This document shows positions 15,701 through 27,700 of a stretch of DNA of 64,000 nt, one piece after another. The notes beneath the pieces were generated by a model, which did not search any database, was not told the DNA's origin, and worked only from the letters and a program-made list of their open reading frames with translations. Every line of letters starts with the position of its first letter. Position 1 is the stretch's first letter. The stretch comes from Tubiluchus corallicola (lineage: Eukaryota > Animalia > Priapulida). Location: positions 42,098 to 106,097 of the forward strand of contig JAQGDQ010000350.1 in the NCBI GenBank assembly GCA_030141605.1. The letters are read 5' to 3'. Made by a program: the position numbers and the translations under genes.

Positions 15701-18700
15701 CAGCATTCTTGGTGTATCACTGCTCTTGGTGTAACACTGCTCTTGGTGTACCACTGCTCTTGGTGTACCAGCATTCTTGGTGTATCACTGCTCTTGGTGT
15801 ACCACTGCTCTTGGGGTAACACTGCTCTTGGTGTACCAGCATTCTTTGGTGTATCACTGCTCTTGGTGTACCACTGCTCTTGGTGTAACACTGCTCTTGG
15901 TGTACCAGCATTCTTGGTGTAACACTGCTCTTGGTGTACCAGCATTCTTGGTGTATCACTGCTCTTGGTGTACCACTGCTCTTGGTGTAACACTGCTCTT
16001 GGTGTACCATTGCTCTTGGTGTACTACTGCACTTGGTGTACCACTTCGCTTGGTGTACCATTGCCCTTGGTGTACCATTTCTCATGGTTCACCACTGCTT
16101 TTAATGTACCACTTCTCTTGGTGTGCCTGTGCTCTTTGTGTCCCAGCTGTCTTTTTAGTGGATTCGTTTATATTTCCTCTTCTGCATCTCCATACCTGTT
16201 GACAAAGTTCAATGAAGGAGTACTAATTTCCCTTTAATATGCAAATTTCTATTTTGTGGAAACATCAGTGCTTTATCTACATCAGATAATTGTCTTGCTT
16301 AAACGTCTTGTTTTTGTGTGCCGTAGATACTTATAGTTGATGGTTATCTTGAAATGATCTGCGCATGTGGACAGTGGTTGGAAGGAGTACCTCCGCTAAA
16401 TGTGAAGACGTTCCCGTGTGTGCTCCATCAGAATAATACTCCACCTGGTAAGCTATGATAATCGTTTTTGTTTTAACCAATATAGTGCACATCAGCGTTT
16501 GTGTGTGTGTGTGTGTGTGTGTGCATGTGTGTGTGTGTGTGTGCATGTGTCCATGCGTGTGTGCATGTGTGTGTGTGTGTGTGCATGAGCGTGCATTTGC
16601 GTGTGCGTGTGCTTGCATGTGCGTGCATGTGTGTGCATGTGCGTGTGTGTGTGTGTGTGCATGCGTGCGTGTGTGCGTGCGTGTGCGAATGAGTGTCTGT
16701 GTGGGTGTGGGTGTGGGTGTGGTGTGTGTGCGTGCATGTGTGTATATGTATGTTACCTCCAGGGTGGGAGGCGAGCACACTACCATTGAGCTGCTTCACC
16801 CTGTGTAGTGGTGCTTCAGTTGTTAATGTTACCATCAGGCTGCTAATGAAAGACCTCAGGCTGCAAATATTCACTATGTCTAGAAAACTAATGTTATTAT
16901 GTTCACGCTATTTGCAGCTTTTTCATTGCAATACATTGTTAGTGCTTTGGCTCGGGTCTTATGTGATAAAGCTTTTTTTTCATTAAAGTGAATGTTAGTG
17001 TGACATCGGTAAAGGAAAACACGATGATTTATCATATCAAATCCCATTTTGAAGTAAAGGAAAACGTATACATCTCAACATCATTAATACTGCAAAACTA
17101 TTAATGGTAATTAAATAATAGATTGTTTTGACCTACAGTTCAAGGTTGCATCAAGGTCTCCGTTAAGTTGGAATTAACAACACAGTATGTAGTTTTATTC
17201 TGGTTGCAAAAGTAAAAATTTACTGTAACTATACTTAGCAGTACATAAGATTATGTACCCCAGTACTGTAACTATACTTAGCAGTACATAAGATTATGTA
17301 CCCCAGTACTGTAACTATACTTAGCAGTACATAAGATTATGTACCCCAGTACTGTAACAATACTTAGCAATACATAAGATTATGTACCCCAGTACTGTAA
17401 CTATACTTAGCAGTATATAAGATTATGTACCACAGTACTGTAACTATACTTAGCAGTACATAAGATTATGTACCCCAGTACTGTAACTATACTTAGCAGT
17501 ACATAAGATTATGTACCCCAGTACTGTAACAATACTTAGCAGTACATAAGATTATGTACCCCAGTACTGTAACTATACTTAGCAGTATATAAGATTATGT
17601 ACCACAGTACTGTAACAATACTTAGCAGTACATAAGATTATGTACCCCAGTACTGTAACTATACTTAGCAGTACATAAGATTATGTACCCCAGTACTGTA
17701 TCTATACGTAGCAGTACATAAGATTATGTACCACAGTACTGTAACTATACTTAGCAGTACATAAGATTATGTACCCCAGTACTGTAACTATACTTAGCAG
17801 TACATAAGATTATGTACCCCAGTACTGTATCTATACGTAGCAGTACATAAGATTATGTACCACAGTACTGTAACTATACTTAGCAGTATATAAGATTATG
17901 TACCACAGTACTGTAACTATACTTAGCAGTACATAAGATTATGTACCCCAGTACTGTAACTATACTTAGCAGTATATAAGATTATGTACCCCAGTACTGT
18001 AACAATACTTAGCAGTACATAAGATTATGTACCCCAGTACTGTAACAATACTTAGCAGTACATAAGATTATGTACCACAGTACTGTAACTATACTTAGCA
18101 GTACATAAGATTATGTAGCCCAGTACTGTAACAATACTTAGCAGTACATAAGATTATGTACCCCAGTACTGTAACAATACTTAGCAGTACATAAGATTAT
18201 GTACCCCAGTACTGTAACAATACTTAGCAGTACATAAGATTATGTACCCCAGTACTGTAACTATACTTAGCAGTACATAAGATTATGTACCCCAGTACTG
18301 TATCTATACTTAGCAGTACATAAGATTATGTACCCCAGTACTGTAACTATACTTAGCAGTACATAAGATTATGTACCCCAGTACTGTACCTATACGTAGC
18401 AGTACATAAGATTATGTACCACAGTACTGTAACTATACTTAGCAGTACATAAGATTATGTACCCCAGTACTGTAACTATACTTAGCAGTATATAAGATTA
18501 TGTACCCCAGTACTGTATCTATACGTAGCAGTACATAAGATTATGTACCACAGTACTGTAACTATACTTAGCAGTATATAAGATTATGTACCACAGTACT
18601 GTAACTATACTTAGCAGTACATAAGATTATGTACCCCAGTACTGTAACTATACTTAGCAGTATATAAGATTATGTACCCCAGTACTGTAACAATACTTAG

Positions 18701-21700
18701 CAGTACATAAGATTATGTACCCCAGTACTGTAACAATACTTAGCAGTACATAAGATTATGTACCACAGTACTGTAACTATACTTAGCAGTACATAAGATT
18801 ATGTACCCCAGTACTGTAACTATACTTAGCAGTACATAAGATTATGTAGCCCAGTACTGTAACAATACTTAGCAGTACATAAGATTATGTACCCCAGTAC
18901 TGTAACAATACTTAGCAGTACATAAGATTATGTACCCCAGTACTGTAACTATACTTAGCAGTACATAAGATTATGTACCCCAGTACTGTAACAATACTTA
19001 GCAGTACATAAGATTATGTACCACAGTACTGTAACAATACTTAGCAGTATATAAGATTATGTACCCCAGTACTGTAACTATACTTAGCAGTACATAAGAT
19101 TATGTACCCCAGTACTGTAACTATACTTAGCAGTACATAAGATTATGTACCCCAGTACTGTAACTATACTTAGCAGTACATAAGATTATGTACCCCAGTA
19201 CTGTAACAATACTTAGCAGTACATAAGATTATGTACCACATTACTGTAACAATACTTAGCAGTATATAAGATTATGTACCCCAGTACTGTAACTATACTT
19301 AGCAGTACATAAGATTATGTACCCCAGTACTGTAACTATACTTAGCAGTACATAAGATTATGTACCACAGTACTGTAACAATACTTAGCAGTACATAAGA
19401 TTATGTACCACAGAAGAGTTGTTTAAACCTACTGTATTCCTGCTACATGTTTCTTTTGTGAACAGTAAATCATTTCAAACTTTTTTATTTCTCCCATGAC
19501 ACTTCATTCAGCATAAATGATCTAGGCTTGTCCTGAACCATGAACTTTGATAACCAGTATCTTATAGTTGTGCAAAACAGCTGTAAAATTCATTAATTAT
19601 CTCTTAATTAGCACTTAATTATCTCTCCATTTCATTTGTCTTAAAGCCTTGAACGCTTCTTGTTATGAAAAATGTTAATCTTTCTTGTTAATCTTTCAAT
19701 GACGTTTAACTTAACGTAGTTTCGGATATTTTTATGCTTATTTGCTTGTAGCGCCGGCTGTCATCAACGAAGTGAACTTTACTCTTGGTTTCTTCATGAC
19801 AAAGTGTCTTTACTGGAATGAGACGACAGAAGAATGGGTAGATAAAGGCTGTAGGGTAAAAATTCTTCAGTTGTTTTTCTCTTTCGTAACTTATTCACTT
19901 CCTCTCATTTTAGTTTTAAGCTTTGGCATCAGTTAAACACAGACATAGACATTCTTATTTATCTCCTCATTCACACCAGAATACAAATATACTATAATTG
20001 TTATAATTATTAATTAATTAGGATGAATTATGCATAATGGGAAGTGTTACCGGGTGCAGAGGAAATGTTAGCCAAAGGAAAGCTTGTCATCAAGTCAGCT
20101 AGTCTTACACAGCTTTATACAGAAAAAGTTTATAAATGGTGTGAAATAAATGCACGTCAAAATTTCATTGTTCTAGTTGTACATATTTTTTATTGAAGCA
20201 TTTTTTTTGAGTATTACATACTACTGGATTCGAACCACAGACTAATTCATTCATAATCCATCACATTTAATTGAAGTTTATCATACTTTTTTAATAGAAG
20301 AAAGTGAAAATTTTGTATTTTGGTGAAAATTTGATGGTAGAACGTCTTCAGAAAAATAATTCTAGTAATTTTTAGCACTTAAATGGTTCAAAAATGTAGA
20401 GATTTCATTCCTAATGCCATTTCATGATGTTCAACTTTTACTGAAAGTGAATAAGAGTCATAGGTTTAAATGCTACAGTGTATAGAGAAGGATGGCTAAA
20501 CTCATACAGAAAGTGAAGCAATCATTGCTGCCATGGTTCATAATGTGTCATAATGTAAATTCCATGGTTTGCTGTAAGGCAAGCAATGGCTACCATGTTC
20601 TAATACAAAACTGCATTTACTTGATAGGCAGAAACAGTCATTGACTGACAAACTTTTGAAGGTTTGAAGTAGTCATTGATATGAAGTCTAGCAATTTCTC
20701 TCTGTGCAGTTGCGGTGTGACAATCTATGAATAGGTTTTACTTGTGGTGCCATCTATTGCTTGAACATCCAACTAAACTTTTTGCTCGCCTCTCTGTATT
20801 TGCAGGTTGGACCGCTCACAACGGAAAAGAGGTTACATTGCAAGTGTGACCACATGAGTACATTTGGTGGGAGCATCCTCGTAGCTCCGAACAAAATCAT
20901 GCCCTTCAAAGAGGCCGTTCTTTTCCTGCAATTTTTCGACAATCCAATCACCATCATCATCGTGGTTTTTGTTTGGATCATCTATTTGTTTGTCATTCTG
21001 TATGTGAGATCAAAAGATAAAGCGGATTTTTTACAGGTTTGTAAAATAATTTCTAGCTAAAAGGAATGGACAAAAAACAGTTCAAAGGTGTGTGCATGTC
21101 TGACAAAATATTAACCCTTTTGCCACGTTGTTCCCTTTTAACTGGACCATATTGACTTTTGCACATTTGACAATAACTTCGTGTTTTGTGTTACTAAAAC
21201 AATACTAAAATCTTGTAAATAAACAAATAAATGTTATTAAGTACTAATATTACATATTAATTTTATTTCTACACATCCACACACATGTGAACACACATGC
21301 ACTCACGCACACAGACGCACGCACACACACACACACACGCATTTTATAAGTATGCAGAACGATCAACTAAATGTGCATTTTATCAATGATGTACAAGTGA
21401 TTTTGCGTGAGAACATAACATACAGTACAGTATTGTGGAATGCACCTGGTTTAAGGCTAAGCCTGTCCCTTGCATGAAAAACATAGGCGGCAGTGAGCCA
21501 CCTTCCGTAGTGGAAGGGTTAATAAAAAAATGTCACTGTTTCCAGTTTGCTGCATTAAGTACAATCTAGTGTGAACATTATGCTTGCCTTTCTTGCCCAG
21601 ATTCATCATTCAGTGGCAGAGTACATTTGATCTACATAGTTGTGAATCTGTGAATAATAGTCCTGTACGCTAAGACTTTACCTGCCAAGGTAGCTTGGAT

Positions 21701-24700
21701 ACATTCAAATGTACGCTAAGACTTTACCTGCCAAGGTAGTTTGGATACATTCAAATGTACGCTAAGGCTTTACCTGCCAAGGTAGCTTGGATACATTCAA
21801 ATGTACGCTAAGGCTTTACCTGCCAAGGTAGTTTGGATACATTCAAATGTGCGCTAAGACTTTACCTGCCAAGGTAGTTTGGATACATTCAAATGTATGC
21901 TAAGACTTTACCTGCCAAGGTAGTTTGGATACATCCAAATGTACACTAAGGCTTTACCTGCCAAGGTAGTTTGAATACATTCAATTGTGCACTAAGACTT
22001 TACCTGCCAAGGTAGTTTGGATACATTCAAATGTATGCTAAGACTTTACCTGCCAAGGTAGTTTGGATACATCCAAATGTACGCTAAGGCTTTACCTGCC
22101 AAGGTAGTTTGGATACATTCAAATGTACGCTAAGACTTTACCTGCCAAGGTAGTTTGGATACATTCAAATGTACGCTAAGACTTTACCTGCCAAGGTAGT
22201 TTGGATACATTCAAATGTGCGCTAAGACTTTACCTGCCAAGGTAGCTTGGATACATTCAAATGTACGCTTTGGATACATTCAAATGTACGCTCAGACTTT
22301 ACCTGCCAAGGTAGTTTGGATACATTCAAATGTACATTAAGACTTTACCTGCCAAGGTAGCTTGGATACATTCAAATGTAGAATAAATTTTTTTCTACAT
22401 TCACTTACTTACATGATGCAGTCATATAAAAGCACTATTTTCATTTAAAACGTAAAACACAATAATTATTATAACATCGTTGTTTTGGAGACGCACGATG
22501 CGGCCATGTTTTTCCACTCCTAACTCTCGGCCAGGGTTGCCATTTTGTATGCTGCTAATTGTATTGGAGGCTAAAAAGTATGGAATTTTCTGCCAAATCG
22601 GTGCATTAATGGATGGGTAGTGTTGCCGCTTTTACCATAATCATCAGAACATACTTGCATTCATATTGCAAAAAGAGACTATACAATAATCGTTAATTAT
22701 ATGATAATTTAGCAATGTGCAACTAAAAAACAAAGAGTGAACAAATGTACAAACGTTATTGCTAACCAGTGGAAATAAATAAACTTTGATTTCAACTGAT
22801 TTTAAATATCCCACAATTCAGTTTTAAACGGTCACAAAGCTTTAAAAAAAATTTTCCTCCCATCGTACTGACATCTTTTAAGCCCATTGGGGAGACAGAA
22901 ATATTTTTTTGTTGTTTGGCTTCAGCCTTGTGGCCTGTAGTTTTTAATTTTGCTGCTACTGCATTTGAAAAAAGTCCAAGTGGAAAAAACTCAAGTTGTT
23001 GTAGCTGTTGCTGTTACTGTTGCTGTTTTGTTGCTTTTACTGTTGTTGTTACGGTGATTAACATGTTTGTCAATCACAAGGTGGTAATGAATAGATAGTA
23101 ATTGTGCTTTGTTGTTGTTGTTTTTGTTTACAGGTTGGTGTTACGTTTCTAGAAGACAACAACCCAAATGACCAGCATGCTTATCTTATCATTACTTACA
23201 CGGGTATCAGGCAAGGTGCTGGAACTACGTCCAATGTGTTTATTATCCTGAATGGTGAGTTTGTGTAAGTCATCTAAATAGGCTATGCAATAGTTTAGCA
23301 ACACTTGGCACGGTTTGTAAATAAATAGGAGACCAAAGTAAATTTCTAAGTGTTTTTATCTCCATACTGCCTCTGTGCATTGCTTGCATCGATGGAAGAC
23401 GTGTACATGGGTACTGAACTGCTGTTAGTCCAGTGATTCCCCTTAGATGATTATTCTTAACATTGAGCTAGATTCCAGTCTAGCCGCTGTCTCAGCTATG
23501 ATTAGTAAGTAGGCACTGTTGTTGAATGCTGGTATCAGCTTGCATAGGCCAAACATTTTGTAATAAGTACCGTGGCGACCATTTCTAGCCGTATCTAGTT
23601 TACGTTTGTGGAAGGTTAATGTTTTAGCAAATTTAAAAAAAATATATTTAATTCAATAGATTTTAAACTGTCCCATTCTTCAGACTGACAAAACGTCATA
23701 GCTTGGGAATCGAACCAATGACTTTCTACGACTCTGTTATTCATATATGCTAGATAAGTTGTAATGTACTTATATAATCTGTTCAAATAACTACGTAAAC
23801 AGCTGTACCACCGTTTACTGAGGCTTCCATCTCCCACCTGTCTGGCAATCCACACTCTTGACCTAATTTGCCAAACAGCTAACTGGTATAACATTTGCCG
23901 GTTATCAGAACTACACACCACCAGTATTTAAAAGACTAAACTTTCTAAACATTTATGACATTAACAAGTTCCAAACTGCTATTTTCATGTACAGTTTCAC
24001 TCATACAAATTATTGCCACACTTATTTATTGATTATTTTTTGTTTGAATGCTGAAATGCATAATTATAATACATCATATAGTCTTAACTATGACCAGGGC
24101 CTATTTCAAGGGGGGAAGTGGGGATACGTCCCCGGGGCCTCACCCTCCAGGGGGGCCTCGCGCCGAGGTAACATTATTTTTTTTACTTTATGCGAACATA
24201 CTGTATAACTCCATATTTTCTCTTCGAAAATGCTTCTCCGGCGTTCTAGCAGTTCAAAAATTTGTTCAAAAAGCGTTTCAATCCCCGAGGAGGCCTGGCA
24301 CACCCCACTTCCCCGGGCCTCGCTTAGGCTGAAATAGGTCCTGACTATGACTACACAAATGTAAGAAAAATTTCTATTACATACAATGGCTCTTACTTAT
24401 TAAATTCATTTGCTCCAGCTATAAAAATGCCAACTCGCTGTTCATGTTCAAAAAAGTATGTAAAGTACACTTACTTGAAACATATAACTGATCACTCAAT
24501 CATAATTTGTTGTTGTTTTTCATTTTCAACAGCTTCCCCTCTAGTACAATAATATTAGTTCCCACCTGTATATATATATATATATATATATCTATAGTGC
24601 ACACCTCCATATAGTCTAATCAAGTGTTGCCTCCTCCACAAATGCTTAGCAAATGTGTTAAAGCATTTATCATTTTTCTGGACCGTACATCTGTTTACAT

Positions 24701-27700
24701 CGTAACTATGAAATACTACCAACTCCCACTGTAACTCACACTAATTATTAGTAATTATTTCCCTTGCTACTAATTCTAGTGACCTCACATAAGCTGGCTT
24801 CTTAGGTCTCTAGTGCAGAATTCAACAATTGTATCTTAATTTTGTTCTACTAACAAAAATTCAATTTATAAATGTACTTGTGATGTATTAGCATTTGTTT
24901 ATTAATTAATAATTAGTAGTAATTAATAAATTAATTGAATTGAAAAATAATTTTTCTCATATCACCTGGTGCTATACAATAAGGTCAGAAACTGTCCTTA
25001 ACACAGATTTATAAACTGTCATTCCACCTGGAAGGTTCCGGGAAATTTTTTATTCATCTTTCTTGATTTATTTCTAGTTTAGAATCTTGCATAAAATTTG
25101 TTCACGACTGTTCTAGGGGAGTACGGGAGCAGTTTCCCTACTGTCCTCATTGACAGGTTTCGCCCATTCATGACGACCGGTTCAGTTGATTGGTTCATAA
25201 TGACCACTTGCTTCGCTCTGGGGGATCTAAAGAGCATCAAGGTGTGGCACGATAACCACGGACGTGACCCGTCGTGGTAAGTGACTCAGAAACATGCCGA
25301 AAATGTTTAAAAATATTTTTCAAATAGGAGAACTGCGTCGTGCAATATCTTTTGTTTGCATAAATTACACTGACTGGCTTCTTTCTGCAGCACATTGGTT
25401 TCGTTTCATGGTAAATATTGAATTTGTAATAGATACTTAATAATCTGTAATATCTGTAGTATACTAAAGTATCTGTAATACTTACGAGAAACAATAAGAT
25501 TGAACGGGGCAGAGTTGAAAAGAGTAAAGACCTTTAAGTATCTGGGTTCAATGATAGACGAGACTGCAGGAATGGAAAAGGAGGTGAATTTCAGGATTCA
25601 TTGTGGTTGGAATAACTGGCGAAAAGTCTCGGGTGTGATGTGATAAGAGTATTCCAGCGAGACTTAAAGGTGAAGTTCACAAAGCAGTGGTCAGACCCGC
25701 CCTAATATATGGGCGGGAAGTAGCACCTCTAAAGAAGACCGAAGAGAAGAAAATGGATGTGGCGGAGATGAGGATGTTGAGATGGATGGTGGGAGTAACA
25801 AGAAGGGATAAAATCAGGAATAGTAATATTAGAGGAACAGTGAAAGTAGTGGAAGCCTCGAAAAAGATACAAGAGGCAAGATTGCGATGGTATGGACACC
25901 TGAAAAGAAGAGTCGGGGAAAATAACGTGGGAAGGGAGGTCATGGAAATGGAAGTGCTGGGAAATAGAAGAAGAGGACGACCCAAGCTGAGATGGTTTGA
26001 ATGCATAAACTGAGACCTTAGAGAGAAGAACATAAATGAAGAGATGGTCAACAACAGGAATGCATGGAGAAGACTTATTCACAACGGCGACCCCACATAG
26101 GGAAAAGCTGGGAAGAAGAAGAAGAAGATTGAACACTTGATCTAATGAGTACTGCAGTAGCACGTGTGTTAGTGATATGAAAGTGCACTTTCTCATTTTC
26201 TTCTCAACCGCTAGGTGGTGTCGTCTTCCTCCATGCCATTAATGTTATTCATAGTCGCACAGTTTAGTTACAAAATGTGTAGTTTGCTAGGATGATGCAT
26301 TGCAAAACTATCACTTCTGATAGCAGGCTTTTTAATGTTCACTCAGAAAATTTTAAGACTGCACTTGCTTTTGACTTACATACATATTATGTAAAATACT
26401 ATTGCAGGATTATGTTATGGCGGGTGGTGGTTTGTGTGAGCTGTGTGAGTTGCTTGAGCTGGGTGAGTTGTGCGAGTTGCGTGAGCTGGGTGAGTTGTGT
26501 GAGTGGGGTGAGTTGCATGAGCTGGGTGAGTTGCATGAGCGGGTTAGGTTAGTTGCGTGAGCTGGGTGAGTTGCGTGAGGTGGATGAGTTGCATGAGCTG
26601 GGTGAGTTGTGTGAGCTGGGTGAGTTGTGTGAGGTGGGTGAGTTGCATGAGTTGGGTGAGTTGTGTGAGTGGGGTGAGCTGGGTGAGTTACATGAGCTGG
26701 GTGAGTTGTGTGAGTTACGTGTGCTGGGTGAGTTGCATGAGCAGCGTGAGTTGTGTGAGCTGGGTGAGTTGTGTGAGCTGCATGAGTCGTGTGAGCTGGG
26801 TGAGTTGTATGAGCTAGGTGAGTTGTGTGAGCTGGGTGAGTTGCATCAGCTGGGTGAGTTGTGTGAGCTGGGTGAGGTGGGTGAGTTGCATAAGTTGGGT
26901 GAGTTGTGTGAGTGGGGTGAGTTGTGTGAGTGGGGTGAGCTGGGTGAGTTGCTTGAGCTGGGTGAGTTGCATGTGTTGGGTGAGTTGCATGTGTTGGGTG
27001 AGTTGCATGAGCAGCATGAGTTGTGTGAGCTGGGTGAGTTGTATGAGCTGCGTGAGTCGTGTGAGCTGGGTGAGTTGTATGAGCTGGGTGAGTTGTGTGA
27101 GCTGGGTGAGTGGCATCAGCTGGGTGAGTCGTGTGAACTGGGTGAGTTGCATGAGCAGTGTGAGTTGTGTGAGCTGGGTGAGTTGTATGAGCTGCGTGTG
27201 TCGTGTGAGCTGGGTGAGTTGTATGAGCTGGGTGAGTTGTGTGAGCTGGGTGAGTCGTGTGAACTAGGTGAGTTGTGTGAGCTGTGTGAGTCGTGTGAGC
27301 TGGGTGAGTGCTTTCCATAGTGCTTTGCAATTATCAATCGTTGTTGAAAAATTCTCAAAGAGTTTAAGAGTTTTGAAATGACGCAAACTTCCTGAATTAC
27401 TTTACAGGTTTCTGCGAAAAATAATCGTAAGGGATTTAAACTCCGACAAATTTTGGGTGTTCATCTATGGTGATTGGTTGGCTGTTGATCTTGGACCAAA
27501 GACACTCTACTGTCATCTTTTCCCAGAAGATCCTGAAAACCTACAAGTATGTAAATGCTAGCAGTGGACTGTCAGTAGTTAAAAATATTTGCTAACAGAT
27601 GTCACTAGCATAATGTGATGTTAGAATAAGAGCTCAGGTTACTATCTATTATTGCTGCACGTGTTATCAGCATCATTGAAAAGAAGTCGACAACAAGTTG

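Noticed and set aside
15301-16237. 230-aa and overlapping repetitive ORFs
   Set aside because: Derived from the 17-bp minisatellite.
12628-16447. Extra PLAT exons as a separate nested LOXHD1/lipoxygenase-like gene
   Set aside because: No own start or stop, same strand, and exact phase compatibility with PKD1L exons 8 and 12.
830-22380. Resemblance of the 47-bp and 46-bp units (CAAGGTAGC...AATGTA)
   Set aside because: The shared words are short and the rest does not align; common origin is not supportable by eye.
26410-27358. His/Thr/Pro-rich or (ELGELC)n ORFs
   Set aside because: Translations of a 9-bp repeat, open in several frames on both strands; no splice or start context.
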